Numbered from the stretch's first letter, positions 49,397 to 59,251 are shown. The stretch is 64,000 nt of DNA from a virus (IMGVR_UViG_3300026549_000032:96001-160000), one strand, 5' to 3'. Notes: generated by a model from the sequence alone, not told the origin. Translations and numbers: made by a program.

Positions 49397-49738
49397 TTAC
49401 TTGGTATCTAATATTAATTGCCATTCGGGATCTTCTGGACTACCAGTAAGCTCTTCTGCACTGGCTATTACTAGAGCACATGTTTGTACCTCCCACTTGT
49501 AGTACTTGTTGTATAGTTCGGTAATAGCTGCATCTAGTTCCGGAGTCATTGGTCCATATACATAGACCCAATCTGCATCAGTCCACCCTTCGTATTCATC
49601 TTCGTAAAATCCATCTTCACTTACGTAGACAAATCGATTTTCAGGGAACTTAGACTTTAGATCTTCCTGAATATGTTTCTTAATCCATCTCTTTGTCCAA
49701 AATCTATCGACCCAATGTGGTGTTCTTTTTCTTCCCAT
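49397..49738 (-). CDS. Hypothetical protein
   Basis: Probable ATG start MGRKRT. Confidence 0.55.
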   Translation of the reverse strand: MGRKRTPHWVDRFWTKRWIKKHIQEDLKSKFPENRFVYVSEDGFYEDEYEGWTDADWVYVYGPMTPELDAAITELYNKYYKWEVQTCALVIASAEELTGSPEDPEWQLILDTK

Positions 49739-49797
49739 CGTATGGCTAAAAAGTAATCCCGACCTCTGAGAGACCGGGACCACACAACACAAGTAGT

Positions 49798-50334
49798 TTA
49801 ATCCTCTTCCACAGGAGGCTGATCATCTGCCTTCGGAGCCTCCTCAGCGGCAGGGGCTGCATCAGATTTGGAGATTTCATCCAGTGCCTCGTTGAGCTTC
49901 GTTGAGAAGACGCCAGCAATGGTCTTGCTGTAATCAACGGCCTTCTTCAGACGGTTCTGGGCATCGATGGTCTGCTTGATCTCCTCGATCTTATCCGACT
50001 CCAGGAGAGCATCAACCTTCTCCTTCAGCTTGTTCAAGCTCTCATTCTCACCGAGGGCCTTCTTGAGGTCACTATAACCCCAGCGAAGCTTCTCCTTCAG
50101 GTCGGCGATAGTCTCTTCAGTTTTAGACTTCTTGCCGATCTCGTCCAGGATGTCAACAATCTGAGCATGAGAGAGATCCGGATTCTTGCGAATCGTGTCG
50201 ATGGCGATGTCCACCTTTTCCTCGTAGGTCTTCGGACGAAGATCATCTTTTACTTCGTTTACTAACTCGGTAGCTGCATCTTTTACTGCTGCTCCAATGC
50301 TGTTAAGTTTCTCGTTAATTGTTGTCCAATTCAT
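49798..50334 (-). CDS. Helical hypothetical protein
   Basis: 178 aa; CCTTATT at 50362-50368. Confidence 0.7.
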   Translation of the reverse strand: MNWTTINEKLNSIGAAVKDAATELVNEVKDDLRPKTYEEKVDIAIDTIRKNPDLSHAQIVDILDEIGKKSKTEETIADLKEKLRWGYSDLKKALGENESLNKLKEKVDALLESDKIEEIKQTIDAQNRLKKAVDYSKTIAGVFSTKLNEALDEISKSDAAPAAEEAPKADDQPPVEED

Positions 50335-50369
50335 AATTAATGGGTTTTAAAATTACTCATTAATAAGGA

Positions 50370-50525
50370 AAAGAAAGGGGAGGAGTAATTCCTCGCGCCG
50401 TGAGTCATCAGAGTCTTTAATGCAAAACAAGTCATTGATTGGCGGCGATACCCATTCTCTCTCCCCATAATAGAAGGCCGCCTTCGGAAAAATCTAAACT
50501 TATGGCAGGACAGCGACCTCCTTGT
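50370..50525 (-). ncRNA. Candidate small structured RNA (~155 nt)
   Basis: Follows a CCTTAA motif (50531-50536); GGCGGC/GCCGCC stem; ends in a hairpin plus pyrimidine tract. Confidence 0.3.
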
Positions 50526-50549
50526 CAATGTTAAGGGTTTTAGGGGAAG

Positions 50550-51290
50550 GAGGAAAAAAAATAAAACGTCAACTTTCCATTAACCTTAGTCAGTCACTAT
50601 GCAGCGGCTAACTTTAGTCATTGGTCTGTATCCGTGTTATGTCTTGGTTGTGGAACCTATTACTCCTTAGGATTCCTAGTGAGTAATGATTTACGTAGGT
50701 TTCTTTGATTTTCATCACCTACTACCACAGTAATTTGTAACTTAGTATACCTGATTCCAACAGGTTCCTCTTCAGAAGCAAGTTCCAAAGTGTGCTGGCC
50801 CATATACACCAATCAAGTTATCGTGTTTGGGGCACTTAAAGGTGCGACTAGACATCCCACCTCTCCTTCACACCATCAGTCTTAAACACTGCGCTGCTTT
50901 AAGTGCCTGTATCGTTATAAAAGTGTTTTAATGTTCTACTACCGTGTCGCCCTTGGGGAAGTAGGTTAGTAGGGCAACTGACTTTTGACATCCTACACCC
51001 TCGATAATAGAACATTAAAGGTTGTTTTTGTTGTGTTAATCGGTTTTAGAGTATCCTCTTTCGGGCGATTATTCTCGTCCTAGTGACTTCATCAATTTTC
51101 TGGGCTGTGATGTCATCACTAGAGGTTGCTCTAATTTAGTTTGTTGTTTTGTGTTATAATATAAATTTCAGGTTATGAAGTGTTGGTATATGTTCAGGGT
51201 CTATGCAGATCCTGTTCCGGCCTAGCCCTTCAAGTGAAAGAGCTCTCAATCACTAGAGGGGTTCTGCCAGACCATATAACAACATTAGTT
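50550..51290 (-). ncRNA. Candidate large structured ncRNA (~740 nt)
   Basis: No ORF of 60 aa or more; TCTTATA motif at 51297-51303; perfect stems 50831-50841/50897-50907, 50927-50938/51008-51019 and 51080-51086/51116-51122; A/C-rich linkers and terminal U-tract on the minus strand. Confidence 0.65.
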
Positions 51291-51306
51291 CACAGTTATA
51301 AGATTT

Positions 51307-51669
51307 TCAGGGGATTGGTCCAAGATAGTTGGTTGCATCGTGTATAGATACATGTTTTGTTCCTTTCTCTTTTGCAATCTTTAATCGCAGGAGGACACCA
51401 ATCACACGATCAGTGTCGTTCCCGTAATCCTGATCTATCTCACCTGTAAGGAAATCAAGCTTTTCCTTGACGTCCTCAATCATAAGATTTTCAGGGGCCT
51501 TCTCTGGGTAGAGGTCTGTATTGTAGGTTAGTCCACATACCGGACACTTGAATTGTCCAAAGGAGTAACCATCAAGATCCTCTAGCATCCCATGGAAGGT
51601 TTCTTTCCTAGTGATACTAATATTTGTCTCTCCCCCACAGATGGGGCATTCAACCTTCTTATTATTCAT
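51307..51669 (-). CDS. Zn-ribbon protein
   Basis: CPICG, CPVCG. Confidence 0.65.
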   Translation of the reverse strand: MNNKKVECPICGGETNISITRKETFHGMLEDLDGYSFGQFKCPVCGLTYNTDLYPEKAPENLMIEDVKEKLDFLTGEIDQDYGNDTDRVIGVLLRLKIAKEKGTKHVSIHDATNYLGPIP

Positions 51670-52847
51670 ATTCGATAATAAGGATATCGTCTTTGGCGTC
51701 TCTCGTTAGTGAGGAAGATAGCCTGACCGAATAATCCTATGAAGGACAGTACCACGACCGTCCAGAGTATAGTGGATCTTTGTCCACTCGTCAGGAAGGA
51801 CTTAATATAGTCAAAGTCATGGAAAGGCTTACGATTCCACATGGATAAGTTTCCCTCAATCCAGTAAGATAACTTTTCTAAGTCAAACCTCGGATTAGAC
51901 AAGAGAAATTCTTTACACTGAATGTCCATGGTGATGTCGTCTTGCCAAGAGAAGCACCTAGCCCATCTAATGGAATCTCTTGAATCCTTTCCGATACAAA
52001 CTACGAACTCATTCTTATTGCCTCCCTGCCAATAGGCTCGTTGGTCTTCACTAATGGAAGCTCCTTTCTCCCAAGGCCAGACTAAGACGAACACATGAAT
52101 CTGCTTGTTCATCCCGTAATAGGCATTGATGAAGTTAAATCTTTGAGTGTCGTAATGAGAGGCCTTGATTCCAATGATTGGTGAATTCTTTGCGGTAGGA
52201 TAATCGTAGAGACCTAGTTCTTTCGCTTCCTCCTTGGAGACTTCTCTTAAGCGGAAAGCACTTTGACTTCCTAAGAGTCGATTTTCATAGGAGTGAGTCG
52301 TGGTGAAGGTTTCACAGGTCTGCCAGGATCCATCCCAATCGTACTCTTGTGCATCACCATCTATTCGATAGTAGTTTCGATGCATATCAATGAACCTCAT
52401 TGGTGTACCCCATCTTCTTCTAAGTTCCTCGAACTCCTCTCGATCAATATAAATGTCATCACCTTTATTGTCATATTTCAGCCATCTCTCTGGGTGATAT
52501 TCTCGATAGGAACAATCATAGGTCTCGGTTCTGTACTTAGTGTTTCCTTTGCTGTCAGTTCCATCGGGAACTTCTCTAGTACAAGTCCTATGAATCCACT
52601 CATCCCATTCGTCGGTATGGCGGATCTTTGTGATGTAGTAAGAGAGGTATTCAGTATCACTGAAGTTACTGTGCCTCATTCCCAGAGACATCCCCAGCAC
52701 GATCAAACCTATAATAAAGGTTGGAGCTAAGCCAATCACAATAATTGATCCTAAGGTATGATCCTGATGAATATGGTTTCCTTGGTATAAGTAATAAACT
52801 AATACTCCTGATAATACGAAAGGAATTAATAATACTAATGCTTCCAT
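51666..52847 (-). CDS. Phage membrane protein (393 aa)
   Basis: Two N-terminal TMs and one C-terminal TM; YWQGGNKNE motif. Confidence 0.75.
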   Translation of the reverse strand: MEALVLLIPFVLSGVLVYYLYQGNHIHQDHTLGSIIVIGLAPTFIIGLIVLGMSLGMRHSNFSDTEYLSYYITKIRHTDEWDEWIHRTCTREVPDGTDSKGNTKYRTETYDCSYREYHPERWLKYDNKGDDIYIDREEFEELRRRWGTPMRFIDMHRNYYRIDGDAQEYDWDGSWQTCETFTTTHSYENRLLGSQSAFRLREVSKEEAKELGLYDYPTAKNSPIIGIKASHYDTQRFNFINAYYGMNKQIHVFVLVWPWEKGASISEDQRAYWQGGNKNEFVVCIGKDSRDSIRWARCFSWQDDITMDIQCKEFLLSNPRFDLEKLSYWIEGNLSMWNRKPFHDFDYIKSFLTSGQRSTILWTVVVLSFIGLFGQAIFLTNERRQRRYPYYRI

Positions 52848-52990
52848 ATAAAAATCCCCATGACCCGTTTCCAGGCCACAGGGCTTTGTTTTATGTTAAT
52901 GAAGTGTTGCCTTGTTGGTTATTACCATTGTTGTCCATAAACCACATAGCAACGACCATAGCTATAAATATCGCAAGATAGAATCCCCAA

Positions 52991-53533
52991 TCAATTGAAG
53001 AGATCGACATTGTCGTCTACTTTAGAGTCCATTACGCTCTTTGTAGTAGTTGAGGAGATAACCTCCCACTCGAGTTTCTTTCGTCCTCCTAAGAACCACT
53101 TAGAGGGAACGACGTCAAGCATGTTGTTGTGCTCTCGAACAATGTCTATGATCTTAGTCTGCGCATTCAAGAACTTCTGGCGTTCCACTTCAATAGCTAC
53201 TGATAGGTCTTTGTACAAGTCTGCCGTAAACTGAGGATTAGACTCCTGAATCCAATTCATCAGGACACCATCATTCTTGTCATACCTAGCGGAAGTGATG
53301 TGAGTATAGATGCTGTCAAATTGAGCAGCATACTCCTTACTTACACCAGCCTTCTGTTGAATTGTTTTCCACATGTTGTCGTGGACAGCCTCAATCTTAG
53401 ACTTCTGAGACTCAAACTCGTTAACGTACCGAACTTCATCATTCTGATAACCCCAGGCAGTAGCCATAGTGATAACAGCGAAAACAATGATTCCGGCAAG
53501 GGCGATTAACCCAATCAATAATTTCTTACTCAT
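52991..53533 (-). CDS. LemA-like membrane-anchored protein
   Basis: N-terminal TM, WIQESNPQ, helical bundle ending PSKWF. Confidence 0.6.
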   Translation of the reverse strand: MSKKLLIGLIALAGIIVFAVITMATAWGYQNDEVRYVNEFESQKSKIEAVHDNMWKTIQQKAGVSKEYAAQFDSIYTHITSARYDKNDGVLMNWIQESNPQFTADLYKDLSVAIEVERQKFLNAQTKIIDIVREHNNMLDVVPSKWFLGGRKKLEWEVISSTTTKSVMDSKVDDNVDLFN

Positions 53534-53979
53534 CTTCTTTTAAATTTTCTTGGACGATCAAACTTACGAATATCTGCTCTCAACTTATTCTGAATCTCAT
53601 ACTTAAGCTCGGGAATGAGAATACTTGTATCAACATCCCAGACATAAGTCTTGTGCTGGTTTCCATGAGTACCAAGGACCTCGATCTTATACAAGTTCTT
53701 TTCCTTCTCCTCATCATAACCAACCAAGTTAATTCTAAGCTTATCAGCATACCAGAACTCACCGTTTCCGATGGATTCTAGATAAATACGACCCTCTAGG
53801 CCGGTGTCAATGTCTATGACCTCTCCTATCTTTCCTTCCTGGTTGAAGTAGTTGATAAGATTTCTAGTCACATCTTTGTCGATGCCTACCATGGCTCTGG
53901 CATAAGCATCTCTAATGTTTCCCATCTTCTTTCGAAGATCAATTAGGACATACTTTCTGTCTTCGTTTTTTCTGAACAT
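53530..53979 (-). CDS. Hypothetical protein
   Basis: 149 aa in operon. Confidence 0.65.
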   Translation of the reverse strand: MFRKNEDRKYVLIDLRKKMGNIRDAYARAMVGIDKDVTRNLINYFNQEGKIGEVIDIDTGLEGRIYLESIGNGEFWYADKLRINLVGYDEEKEKNLYKIEVLGTHGNQHKTYVWDVDTSILIPELKYEIQNKLRADIRKFDRPRKFKRR

Positions 53980-54230
53980 ATATACGATTTATAACTAACA
54001 TGTTCGTGGAACTTTGATCCACCTTTCTTTTGTCTGGCTCCCTTCGATTGGTATTTATCCCATCTCTGGTAAAGACAACCATCCTTCTTTGAGACATGTT
54101 GTTTTAAAGTCACAAGTCGGAAATACCAGGCAACGGCTATTCTCCACTTCCTGATCTTACCACTACCCGTCTCAAAGGAGAATTCAATTTCCGGAGGAGT
54201 TCCCTTCAGGTATCTTATTCCTACCTTCAT
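53943..54230 (-). CDS. Hypothetical basic protein
   Basis: 95 aa in operon. Confidence 0.55.
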   Translation of the reverse strand: MKVGIRYLKGTPPEIEFSFETGSGKIRKWRIAVAWYFRLVTLKQHVSKKDGCLYQRWDKYQSKGARQKKGGSKFHEHVSYKSYICSEKTKTESMS

Positions 54231-54825
54231 TCTTTCTGATTATGATAAGTTCATTTTCACCGTAATTAAGGAGGAGAGTCCCAAGTTCTCCTAAGACGCT
54301 CTGTCCCAAGAGGTTAGGTGACTCTACGCTCCTTCCGACGAAGACTTTCACACCATGGACAAGTATATTGCCAACGGAAAGTGAATCCACGGTAACTACG
54401 GCCTTCGTATGTTCAAAGCCATCAGCATTTACAGTCACGACGGAGTCCTCATCAAGAGTGGTCTCCTTAATGAAACCATTTCTCAGGAGGAAAGCATACT
54501 CTGCACGTCCAATCTGAACGTCACTACAGCCCGTGTCAAGGATGAACTTTGTTGGAACACCATTAACGTGGACTAGGAGATACGCCGTTCGACCTTCTAC
54601 CGTGAGAGGCACACGAATCGTATCAAGCGGACTCTGTATTGTTGCGACAGGTTCCACTTTCACTGTGTCTGTAACAGTAGAGTCTTTCTTAGTTCCGAAG
54701 TGATCTTGGATAAACTGCATACTCTGCTGTGGCCAAGTAGTCATTATAAACGCTATACAACCTATTATAATAAATAGGATCAACCAAAATTTAATGTGAT
54801 AATTTTTCTTTTTACCGTATTTCAT
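54184..54825 (-). CDS. Membrane-anchored retropepsin-like aspartic protease
   Basis: VNGV...FILDTGCS, LLGQSVL. Confidence 0.9.
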   Translation of the reverse strand: MKYGKKKNYHIKFWLILFIIIGCIAFIMTTWPQQSMQFIQDHFGTKKDSTVTDTVKVEPVATIQSPLDTIRVPLTVEGRTAYLLVHVNGVPTKFILDTGCSDVQIGRAEYAFLLRNGFIKETTLDEDSVVTVNADGFEHTKAVVTVDSLSVGNILVHGVKVFVGRSVESPNLLGQSVLGELGTLLLNYGENELIIIRKNEGRNKIPEGNSSGN

Positions 54826-54827
54826 AT

Positions 54828-55118
54828 CTACACATAAGGCTTTTCCCTCGGACGAAAAGAAAAAGAGTCCAAGTCAATTCGCTTGTCTCTCTTTCTATCG
54901 TATTTCTTCTTGTCCTTGTAAACTCGGTTCATGGCTACCCACTTACCATCATTTCTCTCAAGTTCCTCATCACGGGCAATCATTCTCAGTATCTTATACT
55001 GGTCATTGCTCTTAGTTGGTTTGCTCTTTTTCATTTTCTTGTTGCTGTTGAGCTTTAACCCTGGCCGCCCAGGCTGCTGCTCGTTGTCTTTGTAGTTCTT
55101 CGGCCTTTTCTTTTTCAT
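54828..55118 (-). CDS. Highly basic small protein
   Basis: VYKDKKKYDRKR motif; true start may be internal. Confidence 0.5.
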   Translation of the reverse strand: MKKKRPKNYKDNEQQPGRPGLKLNSNKKMKKSKPTKSNDQYKILRMIARDEELERNDGKWVAMNRVYKDKKKYDRKRDKRIDLDSFSFRPREKPYV

Positions 55119-55494
55119 GCATCAATGAATCTCTGACTTCTCTTTTGCCTCTTGCCCATCCACGAGACTCAGCAAAGATGACTTGCTGTTCCATGGAATC
55201 TTCTATCTCGTACTTAACTTTTCCTACCATATCCTCTGCCATTCTAGCCTTCGAATAGAAATATACACTAGGGAAGAATCCGACAAGTATGATAATAGCT
55301 ACTTCTACAGCGAGACCCAAACATGGAATCTTTACACGGAAATAAGCTAGGTATACGAAACATTCTTTAATGAATAGGACAAGGTTCTTTATAAAAAGCC
55401 ATATAGATTTCAATATCATCCTGCCTCTTGTTTTTACTTTTGTTGACTTTAATACGTCGTCAATGTGCTGTTGAATTATTTCTTTACTTTCCAT
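55012..55494 (-). CDS. TM plus coiled-coil protein
   Basis: 160 aa; CCTTATA at 55499-55505. Confidence 0.65.
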   Translation of the reverse strand: MESKEIIQQHIDDVLKSTKVKTRGRMILKSIWLFIKNLVLFIKECFVYLAYFRVKIPCLGLAVEVAIIILVGFFPSVYFYSKARMAEDMVGKVKYEIEDSMEQQVIFAESRGWARGKREVRDSLMHEKEKAEELQRQRAAAWAARVKAQQQQENEKEQTN

Positions 55495-55633
55495 CAGCTA
55501 TAAGGCAGTGAAGGAAAGGAAAGGACCTATTAATATAGATCCTCATCCCCGAATGCAATATTCGGTGTTGTTTATTGAAAGAACACATACGAGCTATGGA
55601 CTTTTGACAACACTTTATACTTCTGCATTCTGT

Positions 55634-56779
55634 TCATCTGTTAATGCTAGTAATGGCAGAAACAGAATTTGTGACCAACTTTGTGTTCGTAGTGAACTGC
55701 TGCAGGTCCCTTGCTCCTGCATATGACATCGCTGATCGTAGGTAATCTGTGAAATTCTCGACCCAAGCCTGCATGGTATACTCAACATCAAGTGTTGTTT
55801 CAATGCCCTCGCTCGTATGAGTCTTTTTACCGTTCATGGCTAACTGGCCACGTTTGGAAGCCATGCCATAGAACGTCTTCTTGATAGTGACCGGCCCGAG
55901 AAGGGTATTATCATCCTTCCACGCCATAAACTCGCCACTACCAAAGGTAACCCTATAGGTACCCATGAATTTCGTTAGATCATCTTGTTGTTGTTTGTCC
56001 TCGGGATCAACCCAAGAGACGGTTCCGGGAGCTGCGCTTTCTAGCATCTTAGTGAAGACAGAGCCAATCATGACTCGATCCGCACCCAAGGCTAAAGCTT
56101 TGATGGCGTCACTATATCCACGTACTCCTCCATCAGCCACTATGAGCGGAGTAGTATGGACCAATTGACCGCCTTCAGTTAACAGCCGCTTCTTAATGGA
56201 AGAAATCTCATTCAGGAGAGATGCCATAGGATATCCTACCCCAGTATTGGAAGAGGTTATGCAACCACGACCAACCCCTATACCGACTCGTACGTAATCG
56301 GCACAAGCTCTAGCGGCCGCTAGATAGGTTTCGGGATTCGCTATGTTCCCTACCATGACAATAAGATTCTTCGTCTGGGCCTTGGCTGAACGGACTAGGT
56401 TGTATAACTTTTCCATATGACCGTTCGCTATGTCAATGAGGACACGGAAGAACTTTCCATCCCATCCGTCCCAGATTGACTTTACGAAATACTCCTCAAA
56501 CTCTCCCAACGACATAGCCACCCAATACCCAAGACTGAGTAATTGGAGACGATCTGTAAGGGATTCCGTTCGAGGGATGATCGGTGTTATACCCTGAGCG
56601 ACCCAGAGATCCATATTATTAATCCCAATAACCGAATCCATCGGTGCCGTGAAGAGAGGAAGTTTATTAGTTCCTTCCTCTACGTAGGGATTGCAGTCTT
56701 TTCTTGAATCAATGGGGCTGACTGCTGCCGGTACAATTGAAACATCTTTATAGGAAAATTTCAATTCTGTATCTAACAT
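55634..56779 (-). CDS. IMP dehydrogenase / GMP reductase family protein (no CBS domains)
   Basis: TAPMDSV, IDIANGH, VGIGVGRGCITS (catalytic Cys), ADGGVR, FYGMAS, SEG, LRSAMSYAGA. Confidence 0.9.
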   Translation of the reverse strand: MLDTELKFSYKDVSIVPAAVSPIDSRKDCNPYVEEGTNKLPLFTAPMDSVIGINNMDLWVAQGITPIIPRTESLTDRLQLLSLGYWVAMSLGEFEEYFVKSIWDGWDGKFFRVLIDIANGHMEKLYNLVRSAKAQTKNLIVMVGNIANPETYLAAARACADYVRVGIGVGRGCITSSNTGVGYPMASLLNEISSIKKRLLTEGGQLVHTTPLIVADGGVRGYSDAIKALALGADRVMIGSVFTKMLESAAPGTVSWVDPEDKQQQDDLTKFMGTYRVTFGSGEFMAWKDDNTLLGPVTIKKTFYGMASKRGQLAMNGKKTHTSEGIETTLDVEYTMQAWVENFTDYLRSAMSYAGARDLQQFTTNTKLVTNSVSAITSINR

Positions 56780-56874
56780 AACTTGTTCTTTATATTATAT
56801 TTTATTTTCCATATATAAGTAAAATAGAGGGACCGAAACGCGTTTCCTTGATTTCAAAGACCTTATTGATGACT

Positions 56875-57756
56875 ATGAAAGATAAAATAGTAGAAATCAT
56901 TGAAAAAATTAGGTGTTATCCTTTTAGTGATAACAGTATTGATTATGCAGAAAAAGAACTCCTGAATGAGTTGGAATGGGGTTGGACTTGGGAAGTAAAG
57001 AATTCCCTGAAACGACTAGAGGAACTTTACCAATTCGGAACAAGTTTCGATACCTCTCTGGAAGGGGATGTAGAGAAAATTAATAAGTGGGATAAGAAAT
57101 ATGATCAGCTAATGGACGACATATGTGATCGCTCACAGAGGTGGTATAGGAAATACGCCGAGGAGATGACCGATCATAAGAGACCCATCCTCCCCTTTGA
57201 TAAATGGGTTGTTGCGACCGATGAGGAACAAGCTATCTTCACAGAAAAGGAGAGGTTTATTATGGAGAGGGAACTTAGGTTTAGGTTAATCTCTCAAACT
57301 TTAAAAGTACGTAACCTAATGCATGAAGAAGATACTCAGGTAACTAGAATGATTGGTCTTCGGGAGATTCAACCTTATGGTATGTTTCATATCCTGGTGG
57401 GGGAAGGTGACGAACCTGAAACTGATTATGAGAATATGTATGCCTTCATAGAGGATCTTCGACCGATTCTCTGGCCCATGTCTTGCTTGACTGAATGGGT
57501 GACTGTTGGAGGAAAGAAGGTGTGCTGGTTATATGAGATGAAGAAGCATCTTTTCGGCCCAAAGAAGGTGGAAAACATAATCCCAGAGAGCGGTAGTGTA
57601 TGTGTTCAGTTCTTTGACAACACCTGTCAGTTCCTCGACCCACGTCGTATTAGTATAGAAGATGTTAATTTCATGTACGAGCATGACATTGATTGTAATG
57701 GGTTGATCCCTAAAGGGTTAGCTATGAACGCACTAGAGGAGAAAGTTTATGAGTAA
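56875..57756 (+). CDS. Hypothetical phage protein
   Basis: C-terminal LRPILWPMS...HDIDCNGLIPKGLA domain; CCTTATT at 56861-56867. Confidence 0.7.
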   Translation: MKDKIVEIIEKIRCYPFSDNSIDYAEKELLNELEWGWTWEVKNSLKRLEELYQFGTSFDTSLEGDVEKINKWDKKYDQLMDDICDRSQRWYRKYAEEMTDHKRPILPFDKWVVATDEEQAIFTEKERFIMERELRFRLISQTLKVRNLMHEEDTQVTRMIGLREIQPYGMFHILVGEGDEPETDYENMYAFIEDLRPILWPMSCLTEWVTVGGKKVCWLYEMKKHLFGPKKVENIIPESGSVCVQFFDNTCQFLDPRRISIEDVNFMYEHDIDCNGLIPKGLAMNALEEKVYE

Positions 57757-58477
57757 AGTAAGTGAGGCTTGGTACTTCGGAAACAGAGAATATTTAAGTG
57801 AGGAAGTTGAAAAGAACGCCCTTGACTTCGAAAAACTAATTGACCCTAAGCTCTGGGAAGAAGATGATGAAGCTGACACCAATGTAACTGGTTGGGGCAC
57901 AGTTACTCTGGACTTCTATGTTCCTGATAATGGGCTAGTATCGGCGGAGGTCGGCAAGACAAAAGTTGGTTATTTTACGGACTTCGATCACGGAATTAAT
58001 TATGGGTCAGACGGATTTGATTGGCCTGATCATACAAAAGTAAGCGACGAAATGTTAGAATGGTTTTTGAAAGGAAAGAATAAGAAGATGGAAGAAGAAA
58101 AAGAATTCCTCAAGCAGAGAGCAATTTTCTGTGGTCTACCCAACGTTTGGGTTATGTATAAAGATACTCCATACCTTGTCTTTGGATATGGGGCTGGAAG
58201 ACTAGAACTCTTGACTAGTCCGCTTAGTTCGTGCACATACCCAGAAGCTCCTCTTATCAAAGAAGTTCAAGTTATCCTAAGAAAAGAGGAAGACCTAAAC
58301 GAAGAGGAAAAGAAAGAGTATGCTAAGATTGGTATGACTGACGAGCTTGAGGACTGGATGAATATACATTGTGTGGATCATCGAGACTTAATTTCACGGG
58401 GCTGGGCCGTTGATGCTGTTAGTCTAGGAGACAAGAACCCGTATAAATACGGAGTATGCTTTGGAGGCTTGATATAA
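57749..58477 (+). CDS. Hypothetical phage protein sharing a C-terminal domain with the upstream gene
   Basis: VILRK...HCVDHRDLISRGWA. Confidence 0.7.
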   Translation: MSKVSEAWYFGNREYLSEEVEKNALDFEKLIDPKLWEEDDEADTNVTGWGTVTLDFYVPDNGLVSAEVGKTKVGYFTDFDHGINYGSDGFDWPDHTKVSDEMLEWFLKGKNKKMEEEKEFLKQRAIFCGLPNVWVMYKDTPYLVFGYGAGRLELLTSPLSSCTYPEAPLIKEVQVILRKEEDLNEEEKKEYAKIGMTDELEDWMNIHCVDHRDLISRGWAVDAVSLGDKNPYKYGVCFGGLI

Positions 58478-58830
58478 TACATATCGAAGTAAACGATTGG
58501 GATCCGACCGACAAAGAAAAAGAGTTAATAGAATACATAGAAGAGCAGGGCAAAGAGAATGACGGCTATAACTACTGTTGGACTATGTACGACATGGCTC
58601 AATACTACTTAATAACTACAACAAAGAGGTGGTTAATGGAACATGGATTTGAATCCTTGATTTCTCATGCTGCCGATTGGGGTTATCACTTATATTCACT
58701 CAGAATGTATCCCACTAAATTTACGGGAGAATTCTTAGATGGATTTGATAACGAGATTTATGCTGGGAAGGAAGAGATAAATAAGTGCCTCCTGAGAGGG
58801 ATAGAATTAGGATATCGTAAAAAGAAATGA
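58456..58830 (+). CDS. Hypothetical protein (MLWRL start)
   Basis: 124 aa. Confidence 0.65.
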   Translation: MLWRLDIIHIEVNDWDPTDKEKELIEYIEEQGKENDGYNYCWTMYDMAQYYLITTTKRWLMEHGFESLISHAADWGYHLYSLRMYPTKFTGEFLDGFDNEIYAGKEEINKCLLRGIELGYRKKK

Positions 58831-58857
58831 TATCCTTTTCTTTTTCTTATAGGTGAT

Positions 58858-59247
58858 ATGATATATAAATTTAGAATAAAACCAGAGTTAATGTGGTGGA
58901 GGTCTGGAAAAGATTATGCAACAGACAATCCACGTGACCTCTGGGAAGTAACTAATTATTTAATCGAAAGATCATTGAAAGAGTTTTTCGAATATAGGCC
59001 AATGACACTTACAGCCAAATATGAGATGGAACGTACTATAGAAGTAGCCATCGAAAAGTGCATACGAGGATATACAGGTAAATGTTCTATTGAACCTGAT
59101 TGGTTTGTACACCTAGTGGGAAGTTGGTATCCTGAAGCACTTTCAAATTATGGTGGGAGTATGGACTTGGTTATCTATAAGCCGGAGGAGTTAAAAGTAA
59201 TCATCAACTCTCTGATGGTGGCGAAGTACATGCAGAAACTCTTATAG
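58858..59247 (+). CDS. Hypothetical protein
   Basis: 129 aa; TCTTATA upstream. Confidence 0.65.
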   Translation: MIYKFRIKPELMWWRSGKDYATDNPRDLWEVTNYLIERSLKEFFEYRPMTLTAKYEMERTIEVAIEKCIRGYTGKCSIEPDWFVHLVGSWYPEALSNYGGSMDLVIYKPEELKVIINSLMVAKYMQKLL

Positions 59248-59251
59248 GTGT

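Noticed and set aside
50550-51290. Group I or group II intron
   Set aside because: It does not interrupt a gene and I could not find P7 R/S elements or a domain V; a covariance search is still needed.
58858-59247. Tail-sheath C-terminal-like segment (LIERSLKEFFEYRPMT...)
   Set aside because: The resemblance is too weak to support by eye; worth including in the structural-mimic search.
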